64,000 nucleotides of DNA from Octopus vulgaris. Lineage: Eukaryota. This document shows positions 13,651 to 24,351 of the stretch, piece by piece. Under the pieces are notes generated by a model. That model was not told where the DNA came from. It made no database searches and saw only the letters and a list, made by a program, of their open reading frames with translations. The stretch spans positions 27,404,001 through 27,468,000 of the forward strand of contig OX597827.1 of NCBI GenBank assembly GCA_951406725.2. Reading direction: 5' to 3'. A program made the translations under genes and the position numbers. The stretch's first letter is position 1. Each line of letters opens with the position of its first letter.

Positions 13651-13682
<32 letters not shown>

Positions 13683-14237
13683 GAGTGAGAGAGCAGTGCA
13701 TGCCATCAAAGTGACACTGGGGTAAAATATACGAAGCCCAATATACCCATCATGACTACCCGTCTGATAAGGGCACACCAGGCGCATGCATCACAACCAT
13801 ATGTGCGCGACATGGTGATCTCATATCAAGATAAACAGCACATGACCTTGCAGGTGGGGCCCAGTTAGAAATTTCTTCAGGTTGAGTAGCTCATCCCGCT
13901 CAAAAGGTCCCTGAATAAGGGTTGTTTAAGGATGTTGAAAGAACCACCCATGTTTCCAGAGGTGAATTATTCAAACTCCAAAGAATCCCTCTCAACACAT
14001 GGCTATGATGCTCCCCCACTACTTCTGCTCGTGATCAGAGATGCACATATCGTCAGCCACTAAGGGACATGCTCAACTGGTTAAGGTCAAACAACTGACA
14101 AGCAAATCTGTGGTATTGAGCAGAATATTTGCTGTAGCCCATCGTTTATACCAAGACAAACCAATGTACATGATAACACTTCCAATCAGTTAAGATCAGA
14201 AGCCATGAGAGCCACTGCCTGGTACTGCATCAGGGCA
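13683..14237. repeat. 555-bp non-coding interspersed repeat in (TAA)n, copy 1
   Basis: Near-identical to 15009-15564; both ends abut (ATT)n. Confidence 0.9.
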
Positions 14238-14309
<72 letters not shown>

Positions 14310-14318
14310 ATTATTATT

Positions 14319-14931
14319 CAGTAGTTTTATTTTTATAGCGTGCTTTCATTTCACTAACGAGCGCTGTGATTTGTTGTGATGCTCTGATGGTTATTGTATG
14401 GAAAGTGTTCTGCGTAGGATGTGTGCAGTGCCTAGTAGTGCAATTTTCTGTATGTTATATGTGTTTGTAAGTCGTGGTGTTTTTGTTATGTATTTGTCTG
14501 AATATTTTTTTTATCATGCCTAATGCACCTACTATAATTGGAATTGTTTCTGTTTTTAGATTCCACATTCTAGTTACCTCTATTTCCAGGTCTTTGTATT
14601 TTGAAAGTGTCTCCATTTCTTTTAGAGACACGCTGTCATCTGCTGGTATTGATACATCAATTAGAAAACATTTTTTCTTCATGATCTCTGACAACTATAT
14701 CTGGTCTGTTGGCCTTAATTTCTCCATCTGTGTGTATCGGCATATACCAGAGTATGGTTGCTTTCTCATTTTCTGTGACCTTTTCTGGTATGTGCCCATA
14801 CCATCTTTTTTCTGTTGCTATTCCATAATGTTGGCATACCTTCCAGTGTATGTAGGTCCCAACTCTGACATGTCTGTGAATATATTCCTTCTTAGCCAGG
14901 ACTGGGTAGAGATAATATGATTTATTGTTTC

Positions 14932-14934
<3 letters not shown>
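14319..14934 (-). mobile_element. R4/Dong-type non-LTR 3' fragment
   Basis: RPDIVV...FLIDVSIP...KYKDLEIEVTRMW REL motif; same family as 39615-40478; flanked by (TAA)n. Confidence 0.85.
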
Positions 14935-15008
<74 letters not shown>

Positions 15009-15564
15009 GAGTGAGAGAGCAGTTCATGCCATCAAAGTGACACAGGGGTAAAATATACGAAGCCCAATATACCCATCATGACTACCCGTCTGATAAGGGT
15101 ACACCAGGCACATGCATCACAACCATATGTGCGCGACATGGTAATCTCATATCAAGATAAACAGCACATGACCTTGCAGGTGGGGCCCAGTTAGAATTTT
15201 CCTCAGGTTGAGTAGCCCATCCCGCTCAAGAGGTCCCTGAATAAGGGTTGTTTAAGGATGTTGAAAGAACCACCCCTGTTTCCAGAGGTGAATTATTCAA
15301 ACCCCAAAGAATCCCTCTCAACACATGGCTATGATGCTCCCCCACTACTTCTGCTCGTGATCAGAGATGAACATATCGTCAGCCACTAAGGGACATGCTC
15401 AACTGGTTAAGGTCAAACAACTGACAAGCAAATCTGTGGTATTGAGCAGAATATTTGTTGTAGCCCATCTTTTATACTAAGACAAAACAATGTACATGAT
15501 AACACTTCCAGTTATCTTCAGTTAAGATCAGAAGCCATGAGAGCCACTGCCTGGTACTGCATCA
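15009..15564. repeat. 555-bp non-coding interspersed repeat in (TAA)n, copy 2
   Basis: Direct copy of 13683-14237. Confidence 0.9.
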
Positions 15565-15618
<54 letters not shown>

Positions 15619-16021
15619 GCATGGCGAGTTAGGAGACTCATTAGACGTTTAAGAAAACATAGCTTTGTGGTGTATCTTCCGACTCTACTTTCTAAGTTCA
15701 AATAGCGCAGTGGTCAATTTTGCCCGTCATTCTTCTTCCTGGGTCGAAAAAGCAAGTAACAATTAAGTTTTAGGATCGATGTAAGCGACTAACCCCGCCT
15801 CACCTGAAACTGATGGCCTTGTGCAAAAAAAAAATTGGTGCATCAGACACAACACCTAACAGTATTTCTTCTGATTCATTACGTTCTGGGTTCAAATTCC
15901 GCCGAAGTTGATTCACCTGGGTTGCCCAAAATTTCGGCTACTGTGCTTTTAGTAGAAAATAACATCATCATCATCATCATCGTCATCCTCCTCCTCCTCC
16001 TCCTCCTCCTCCTCCTCCTCC

Positions 16022-16130
<109 letters not shown>

Positions 16131-16400
16131 CATTATTATTATTATTATTTAAGGCAGTGAGCTAGCAGAATTGTTAGCGCGGCGAACGAAATGCCTAGCG
16201 GTATTTCGCCCGTCGATAATTTCTGAGTTCAAATTGCGCCGAGGTCGACTTTGCCTTTCATCCTTCCGTGGTCGATAAATTAAGTACCAATGAAACAATG
16301 GGGTTAATGTAATCGACTCACATCCTTCCTCACTAAATTTGAGGCCCTGTGCCTTCAGTAGAAAGGATTATGATTACTATTATTATTGTTATTATTGTTG

Positions 16401-16456
<56 letters not shown>

Positions 16457-17168
16457 GTTACTCATGCTTATATGCTTTATTGAATTATCAATCTAACAGG
16501 AAGATTAAATTTACTGGCTAAATGTCTGTTTCGCTTGTTGGCTCAATTGATCAGCGAAGTTCCCGCCGGAACATTCTCTGCCAACCTTTCTGCTGACTGA
16601 TTCTCTTTCGATTGCGTAACGTGTCGGCCATAGTTTAAATAAAGACAGTGTTGGTCGATGTCGTCCATTGGGAGAGGAAAGGGTTAGAGACGCAGAGAGA
16701 GAGAGAGGGGGAGAGAGAGGGAGAGAGAGAAGTAGGGAGAAAGATAGAGAAGGTAGGCAATGTAAGAGAAAATAAGAAAGAGACACAAAAGAAGACAAAT
16801 TTAGAGAAAATACGGGAAGGCAAATGGAGAGAGAAAAAGCGACAGAGAGAAAGAGAGAAAGGGAGGGGGAGAGAATGAGGGAGAGGGGAGAGAGACGAGG
16901 TAGTAGAAGTTGAAATAGAGAGGCAAAAGATGATATTGAGAGAAAGGTGAGATAAGTTTAGAGAAAAATACGGGAAAGAAGAATGAGAAAGAGAGAGAGA
17001 GAGTGTGTGTGGGCGGAGAGGTAGGGAGGGTGTAACGTGAGACACAGTAGAGAGGAAGAAAGTTGTAGAGGAAGGAATGAGGTAAAGGGATGAAGTACTA
17101 TTGATGAAGGGAAAGAGAGAAAAATAAAGGTAAGAGAAGAAATGTAAGAGGAAGAGAAAGAGAAAGAA

Positions 17169-17199
<31 letters not shown>

Positions 17200-17376
17200 A
17201 GCGGAGGGAACAATGGAGAGCGCGACAGAAGGAGATGAAAAAGAAGGATAGAGAAAATGGAGGTAATGCAATAAAGAGAAAGAGAGTGAGAGAGAAAGGG
17301 AAACAGAAAGAAAGAGAGAGAAAAGGAGAGAAAGAGAAAGGGAGAGAGATAGAGAGAGAGAGAGAGAAAGGGAAAG

Positions 17377-17407
<31 letters not shown>

Positions 17408-17814
17408 GGAAGGGAAAGAAAGAGCGAAAGAGCAATAGTGTAATCATGATTTATTTGTGTTGATTCTGTGTCTTAGAGAAATGCTGATGGTTCATATTAA
17501 TGCACACAAACGGACAGAAACGGACTGAAACGGTGACACACACATACACACAAGCATACATACACATGCGGCGCACATAGAGAAACACATTGAAAGTGAG
17601 AGAGATAGAGAGAGACAGAGGGAGAGAGAAATACACACACACACATAAACACACACACACACATACACACACACACACACACAACACACACACACACACA
17701 CACACACAGAGGCTTACAGGTGAAATTCTTTACAATAGTTGATAATATCGCAGCAGGAAGTAACGAACTGTAACACACATCTCTTTCTTTCTTTCATTCT
17801 TCCTTTCTTCCTTC

Positions 17815-17863
<49 letters not shown>

Positions 17864-18141
17864 TTCCTTCCTTCCTCCCTTCCTTTCTTTCTTCCTTTCT
17901 TTCCTCCTTTCATTGTTTCTTCCTCCATTTTCGTTCACGCCAACTCCCACTCTCTAATCCCGTCTCCTTCTCTCGTTTATTTACTCATTCCCATCATTCG
18001 TTCACAAATGTACACACATTGCGTAATTCCTGCGGTGACTAGACTTAATCGATACGTGTGTACGCTTGTGTGTGTGTCTGCATTTATAACTAAACACAGA
18101 GATACACACCTATATACATACATACATATATATATGTGTTA

Positions 18142-18198
<57 letters not shown>

Positions 18199-18205
18199 AT
18201 ATATA

Positions 18206-18436
18206 TGAGGTATACTTGCCATCTCAGTATGGCTAACCACTAAGTGTGGGTGTTACTGTAGCTTGTAGCCCCAGGAGAACATCGTCTCCAGCTGGCTTTA
18301 GGCACACTTTCTGCTCCCTTATGGTATTTGCAAAGGGAGGTCATCCCTCCCTCGTCAACCTAAGTGATACGCACGGACTGCAGTTTCTAGGTATTGACCT
18401 GTCGTCGGCGTACGACAATCACCGGTTTTCGATGAA
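18206..18436 (-). mobile_element. retrozyme-like family B, part downstream of the Tx1 insertion
   Basis: Joins 23923-24102 across the TSD to give a 355-nt unit with 39-nt terminal redundancy (18206-18244 = 24064-24102); carries HHR. Confidence 0.8.
18364..18422 (-). ncRNA. type I hammerhead ribozyme (family B)
   Basis: Minus: gtgat-tgt-cgtacg-CCGACGA-c-aggt-caat-acct-a-GAAA-ctgca-GTC-cgtgcg-t-atcac; predicted cleavage between 18376 and 18375. Confidence 0.75.
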
Positions 18437-18897
18437 TTTATCTTTATTATGATCAAGTGATCTAACATAGAATTGGGACATTACAGGACAAAACAATTAC
18501 AAAAATGCTATGCGAGTTCGAATGAAATTATAAAAATTACCAAAATAAAATTTTATGTAACTTGAACGAAAACTTGGCTTACTTTGCCTTGAAACGAAAC
18601 CTTGGCTTACTTTTGCCATTATCACGAGAACGTTTAGTGCGTATGTTTTCTTTTTTTGTATTATTTCTTTATTTTAAACAGTTATGTACAGTGAAAGGGA
18701 ATGGGAGGTACCAGTTTCAATTTTGAACCCGGCAGCCTATAAATCCCAGCAGCTGATTTTTCCTTTCCTCGATGATTAAGCTGGGTTACTCTCACCCACC
18801 TTTCTCATCACATCCTTCCAACGTTCCATATACTCTTTCTGTGGCAGGCTCCTCTTCTCTAACCCCATCTTGCTCTTCAGATGATATCCGAAGTATT

Positions 18898-19512
18898 TTA
18901 ACAAACCGGGGCAGAGATAAAGGAACCTTTCACAAGACCTTCCAATCTAGTTCTCCATGCACACTCTTTCAATACTGCCACCGTACAGTAAAAACAAGCC
19001 TTACCTTCCTTTGAGAGTTCAGTTGGCGGTATCATCTTAATCATAGATCCAGCCGACAGCTGTACTCGTCCCAGATGCGACAACACGTGTTCCACGTAAC
19101 TTATCAAGCCTGACAGCTCCCGGCATTGTACAAAAGCGTGTTGAACGGTTTCATCGTCCAACCCACATCTTGGACACGTCGGTGGCACTGACATTCCGTG
19201 CCTGGATAACTTCTCGCGAACAGGTAATGCATTCCTATAGCACTGCCAGGTCAGGGATTTTTGATAATTATCCAAATACCCCGACCTGAAAGTCTTCTTA
19301 AACAGGTTGGAGAGTTGATCCTCATCGAACCCCAGAGCCCTTCCTAGGACGTCGTCATTTTTTCCCTCTACCAGCCCTTTATAGAACACCGAGGTGGTAT
19401 TCCCGCTGCCGGCCTTGCCCATCTTGTGGATCAGCCAGAGTGCCTGTCGGCACTCCTTCTGCCATGAAGTCAGGTTACGTCCTTTAATGAGACCGGGTGT
19501 AAATCCCTCCAT
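18898..19512 (-). pseudogene. Tx1 ORF2 C-terminus (zinc-binding zf-RVT), frameshifted from the RT ORF
   Basis: LTWQCYRNALPVREKL...CPRCGLDDETVQHAFVQC. Confidence 0.85.
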
Positions 19513-22153
19513 AGAGGCCGGTCGCGGTTAAGAATTCCTCTGCCAGCGAACTCCACACCTTATCATCCTCCAGGTAACACCAGAGGTGTCTCAGCCTCAA
19601 CGCATGCTTGCGCATCATTAGCCAAGGCATCCCCAGTCCACCCTTTAGCGGTTCCTGGCAACACACGGAGCGTCTCACAAGTGGCTTTCCTCCTTTCCAC
19701 AAAAAGCGGAAAAGGAGTCGTTCCAACTTGTTTAACCACGAATCGGGGCAAGGCACGACGGTCAGGCGGTAGGTGACGACAGAGGCTATAAACATCTGTG
19801 CCACCTCCGCCCTCCCTTTCAAGGAAAGATGCCTTCCGGACCACTTCCGTACTATAGCTTCTACCTCGCTCCAATTCTTCTCCGTCTGGGAGTCTGGACC
19901 AAACCAAACTCCGAGCAATTTTACAGGACCATCTGTACAGTGTCCAACAACACTGGACGGTATCGGCTTGTCCCTCCAGGTGCCGAGGCGCAAACCGATG
20001 GACTTATCCCGGTTAACTTTTGCTCCTGCCACCGCTTCGTATCTATGGAGAGCACCTGCTACCCTAGAGAGCTGTGTTCCGTTGGACACGATGATGGTGA
20101 CGTCATCCGCATAGGCAGAAACAGACTTACCGCATCCGATTTCATTAGGGTTGCCTCCCAAATTCTCCAGCTTCCGCAGCAATGGCTCAAGAGCCAAAAC
20201 ATACAAGAGCGGGGACAAGGGGCACCCTTGACGAACTGAACGCTTGATCGAAAACGGCTCCGTTAGGTAACCGTTTATCTGGACTGTGGACTTGATGCCG
20301 CTGTACATAGCTGAGATCCACCCGCAGAAGCCAGGGCCCAGCCCAGCCGCTTCGAGGACCGCCGCCAAGTACCGATGGTCTACCCTATCAAACGCTTTAC
20401 TTTGGTCTAAATGGACCAATGCCCCTCCTTTGCCGTCTAATTTCCCGACCCTATCTATAGTGTAGCGGAGAAGGTGAAGATTATCCTGGATCGGCCTGCC
20501 TGGGATTGCACATGTCTGTGCCTTCCCGACAAGTTTCTCCACGACAGCCGTCAGCCTTTTTGCTAACACCTTGGCCAAAATCTTAAACTCTACATTAAGT
20601 AGAGTTATGGGCCTATAATTACTAATACTGTCCCCCTTGTTCGGGTCTTTCTGGACAAGCGTCACAACTCCCCGACTCACAGAGCTGGGAATCCTCCCAT
20701 TCTGTTGCCAATTTGCATAGACGCTTGCCAGTATGTCCCCGAACAAGTCCGGCACAAAACAATAAAATTCATAGGGCAGACCATCCAACCCCGGCGACTT
20801 TTCCCCGGCGCACTCGGCCATAACCCTTCTTACCTCCGCGGGAGAGATCGATCCTTCACAGCACTCCGCCTCACCTGCCGAGAGCCGTGGCCCACCAGCT
20901 AGGAAGTCCTTTAAGGTCTCCCCACGCTCGAGCGGACCACCGCCTCCAAACAGCCGTGCGAAATGCTGGTGAAGGACCTTCTGCATCTCCTCCTGTCCAT
21001 AGATCTTGCGGTCCTGCTCGTCAGTTAAGGACATAATACAGGACTTTTTGCCCTTCTGACTCTCCCCACGACGGGCCCATCCGGCAACGTTAATACCTTC
21101 TCGTTTTCCTGCACGTAACTTAGCTCTGACTCTACACCCCTCATGCTTGGCGTTGAGGTGACGGTACAATACCGCTCTCGCTGCCAACACTCCGGATGCA
21201 CAGCCAGATTCCATAGCATCGTCTAAGTTCTTAACTAATTCGCCCTCTATTCTAGTCCTATCTAAACTTAGCTGCTTGCTAAATCTAATGGACTCCAAAC
21301 GGATGGCTCTTTTGAGGGCGATCCACCATCTATTACTAATGATGGCGCCACATAATGCCCTCTGTACTAATTCCTTAATCCGGGTACGGAAAGCTTCACA
21401 AGTCAAAATAGACTTGTTCATTTTCCAGTACCTGGGACCTTGTCTATGGCATTTATCTACATGTACCTCACACGTCACAAGTTTGTGATCGGTGTAAGGC
21501 ACAACAGAGAATTGTGGACAGCTAACACTATTCCTATCTCGTTCCTTAACAAATACTCTATCTATGTACGATCTGCGTGAGCCGTCGTTATTACTCCACG
21601 TCCACTGTGGAACGTTCGGCTCATCCAGTCGAAAACGGTCTACTAGATTAAAGCTCGCTAGTAGAGCCTTGAGGCCAGGATTCCCCTTCCTATCGCTCGA
21701 GCCTACACCATCCACCCGCGCATCGAGAATGGTGTTGAAATCCCCTACCAAGACTACCATTTTGGACGTCACTAGAAAGTGCTCCAGTTCCCTGAAAAGA
21801 ACGGTCTGCCCACGTCCATTAGGAGCGTAGACAGCCACCAACCTGAAGGACTGCTTACTCACGTGCGTCACATCTAGGACATCCAGCCTACCTTCTGGGT
21901 CCAGAAAGACAATACTTACCTGTAAGTCCAAGTTCTTCCTGAAAAGAACTGCCACGCCTGCACCTCCCTCCCGGCTAGGAGAAATAAATTTCTCGTAACC
22001 ATTGAGAAGTGGTGAGAACGCTTGGGGTCCTTTCATCTTGGACTCGGTAACAATAGCTACATCGATTCTATGTGAAATGAGGTCGTCCCGAAAACAAGCC
22101 TGTTTCCATTTCGATCCCATTCCACGCACATTTATACAACCTAACTTAATCAT
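19484..22153 (-). CDS. Tx1 ORF2: APE endonuclease plus reverse transcriptase
   Basis: INVRG, VTES, VYAP, GDFN, IDR, TDH (APE); KSPGLDG, YRPITLLN, DQSKAFD, QGCPLSP, YADD (RT). Confidence 0.93.
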   Translation of the reverse strand: MIKLGCINVRGMGSKWKQACFRDDLISHRIDVAIVTESKMKGPQAFSPLLNGYEKFISPSREGGAGVAVLFRKNLDLQVSIVFLDPEGRLDVLDVTHVSKQSFRLVAVYAPNGRGQTVLFRELEHFLVTSKMVVLVGDFNTILDARVDGVGSSDRKGNPGLKALLASFNLVDRFRLDEPNVPQWTWSNNDGSRRSYIDRVFVKERDRNSVSCPQFSVVPYTDHKLVTCEVHVDKCHRQGPRYWKMNKSILTCEAFRTRIKELVQRALCGAIISNRWWIALKRAIRLESIRFSKQLSLDRTRIEGELVKNLDDAMESGCASGVLAARAVLYRHLNAKHEGCRVRAKLRAGKREGINVAGWARRGESQKGKKSCIMSLTDEQDRKIYGQEEMQKVLHQHFARLFGGGGPLERGETLKDFLAGGPRLSAGEAECCEGSISPAEVRRVMAECAGEKSPGLDGLPYEFYCFVPDLFGDILASVYANWQQNGRIPSSVSRGVVTLVQKDPNKGDSISNYRPITLLNVEFKILAKVLAKRLTAVVEKLVGKAQTCAIPGRPIQDNLHLLRYTIDRVGKLDGKGGALVHLDQSKAFDRVDHRYLAAVLEAAGLGPGFCGWISAMYSGIKSTVQINGYLTEPFSIKRSVRQGCPLSPLLYVLALEPLLRKLENLGGNPNEIGCGKSVSAYADDVTIIVSNGTQLSRVAGALHRYEAVAGAKVNRDKSIGLRLGTWRDKPIPSSVVGHCTDGPVKLLGVWFGPDSQTEKNWSEVEAIVRKWSGRHLSLKGRAEVAQMFIASVVTYRLTVVPCPDSWLNKLERLLFRFLWKGGKPLVRRSVCCQEPLKGGLGMPWLMMRKHALRLRHLWCYLEDDKVWSSLAEEFLTATGLYGGIYTRSH

Positions 22154-22175
22154 CGAAAAGAATAAAATTATTTAC

Positions 22176-23694
22176 TCACGGTTGCGAGAGGGAGCCTGAC
22201 AGATTCCTTCTGCCTGTCTCCCCGCCACTCGCCGTTGCTGCTGGGCGTTTCACCGGCGTTGCCATCGGGCTCTGGGTTGGTGTGGCTGCCGGGCTGACGT
22301 ATAATTTCCCAGTTGTCACCTCCTGGGTGACATCCTTAATGAAGCCGGCTTTTACGAGGTCTTGTAAGATTTTTCCTTTCCATCCTTCTTCGCTGACCCT
22401 TGCATATCGCCACTCCGCTTCCTTCTCGGTCGCTTTGTAGTACCTGATCTGCGTACTTGCTTGCACAAATTTTACTGCTCTCTCGTTCCTTGTGGTGTAT
22501 GCTATAATTTTTTCATTGGGTTTAAACCCTTTTACAGTTGGGGTGGGGTTGTTAAAGTGCTGGCCTATAGATGTAGTACCGCCGGGGTGGGATTGGAGAA
22601 TATTTTTAATTTGTTCGTCTGCGTTGTTTTTTTTTGTTACGGGTGGGGAGTCAGGGGTGATGGATTTTTTCCTTTTGTTCGACACGTTCGTGAATTCCAT
22701 CTCCTTGTATATTTGTTTTTGTTGTATTAATTTCCTCCTCCTTTCCTTTCTCATTTTGCATTTCGTTCTTGTCTTCCTCCTTTTTGGAGTTCGACCTGTT
22801 TTTTTTTCCTCCTTGCTTTCGCCAGTCGTTACTTTGTTCTCCACTTTGCTGCTTTCTGCGTTCTTCACAGCGTTTTTTTTTGTGTGGGGGGCGTTGCCCG
22901 TATTATTTTTCTTTGTGCAAACGGAGCGAACGTGGCCCTTTTGCCCGCATTTAAAACATCTGGGCCTGCGTCCTTCCACCGTAACTCGTATGGAGTGCCC
23001 CTCCCCCACGAAGACTCTGTCTGGTAGGCTTTCCAACGTCGCATTTTCCGCCTGGATTAATCATCTCCAGCTGCTGGCCTCTCCAGGGTTTTGCACTTTT
23101 CCTCTTCATACTCAAAATTCTCAATTTTGATTCAACATCAAAAATGACCGCTGTTGCCGCCCATATCACGTCGTAGCCCCTTGGTATATCTTCTAGGGTC
23201 ACTTTTGCTGTTCTGCACCCTAAATATAAGGGTAGCAGTATTATATTCTCGTTTTTCAACGTTTGCGTCGAAATTTGCTTTGCTTCTTCCGCCGTCTCAA
23301 AATGCGCCTCCACTGTAGCGCTTCTTGCACATAGGTTGACATGACGAACTTTATTCCATATTGGTGCCATACACTTTTCGACCATTTCATTTTTTACGTC
23401 GGTCATTCGTTTTTCTTTTATATTGTACACTTTATAGGTGACCATTTTTTCCCTTATTGCCTGTATAGTCTCAGGGGGCGGTACCAATCGTGTTTCTTCA
23501 CCAATTTTTTGCACTAGCGGTCTGAACTTGAATAGTCTTTCCATTGACACCTCCATTTCTTCCACTTCGCCAACTACGGCGTCTGAAAGACTGGGTTTTG
23601 CCTGTGTTTCCTTTTGTTTAACAGTTGTTATACATTCTCCCATCTCGGGAAAGTCTATTTTTGAACTTAAGTCTAATTCCATATTAGACAACAC
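22176..23694 (-). pseudogene. Tx1 ORF1 (gag-like, CCHC zinc knuckle), split by a frameshift near 23040
   Basis: CFKCGQKGHVRSVC knuckle; two overlapping ORFs 22951-23694 and 22176-23036 directly upstream of ORF2. Confidence 0.8.
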
Positions 23695-23922
23695 AAACTT
23701 GCCACAAATGACAACAGAATTTTTATTTTCAAAAATAACGTATACAGGTTAAGAGTTCACACAGAAATTTTCTACCCCGAAGGGCGAAAATTACTGGGTC
23801 AAAAACAGTTCAACAATTATATTACGTGTAACACAACAAAGTAGACAAACGGAAACGAACTCACACAACGATTTGCAGCAACAGAAAAATATTTGATATA
23901 CTCCGAGGAAAAATTCAAAAAA

Positions 23923-24278
23923 CACCGGTTTTCGATGAAGGGATGTCCCAATGCAAATACTTTTATCGTTTTTCCAGTAACTTTTCGTCACTGATCTCCA
24001 AAAACTGTATGCAAGCAATAATAAATCTCTGAACGAGGTATAAACAGTAACTGCACGGCAATGTGAGGTATACTTGCCATCTCAATATGGCTAACCACTA
24101 AGGAAAAACGATAAAAGTATTTGCATTGGGACATCCCTCCAACGAAAACCGGTGATTGTCGTACGCCGACGACATGTCAATACATAGAAACTGCAGTCCG
24201 TGCGTATCACTTAGGCTGACGAGGGAGGGATGTCCTCTCTTTGCGAATACCATAAGGGCACAGAAAGTGTGCCTAAAG

Positions 24279-24279
<1 letters not shown>
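23923..24279. mobile_element. retrozyme-like family B: remainder of the interrupted unit (23923-24102) plus inverted partial copy (24103-24279)
   Basis: 24103-24279 is the reverse complement of the joined unit and shows the empty insertion site. Confidence 0.8.
24152..24210 (+). ncRNA. type I hammerhead ribozyme (family B, inverted copy)
   Basis: gtgat-tgt-cgtacg-CCGACGA-c-atgt-caat-acat-a-GAAA-ctgca-GTC-cgtgcg-t-atcac; stem II G-C to U-A compensatory change relative to the 18364 copy. Confidence 0.75.

Positions 24280-24351
<72 letters not shown>

Larger units (their letters stand above)
18437..23922 (-). mobile_element. near full-length Tx1/L1-clade non-LTR retrotransposon with 17-bp TSD
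   Basis: TSD caccggttttcgatgaa at 18420-18436 and 23923-23939; ORF1 plus APE-RT ORF2; 3' end aataaagataaa. Confidence 0.92.

Noticed and set aside
13683-15564. LTR retrotransposon with 555-bp LTRs
   Set aside because: The interior is a non-LTR REL fragment separated by (TAA)n; no PBS, PPT or TSD seen
16635-17447. 270-aa Leu/Ser/Phe ORF
   Set aside because: Translation of a GA-rich low-complexity tract
18225-18275. HDV-like ribozyme in the conserved retrozyme module (minus strand)
   Set aside because: P1, P2 and P3 order fits family B, but P1.1 is missing and P3 cannot form in family A; kept only as an unknown pseudoknot
19563-23752. Plus-strand and alternate-frame ORFs over the Tx1 element
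   Set aside because: Shadow ORFs of the LINE coding strand
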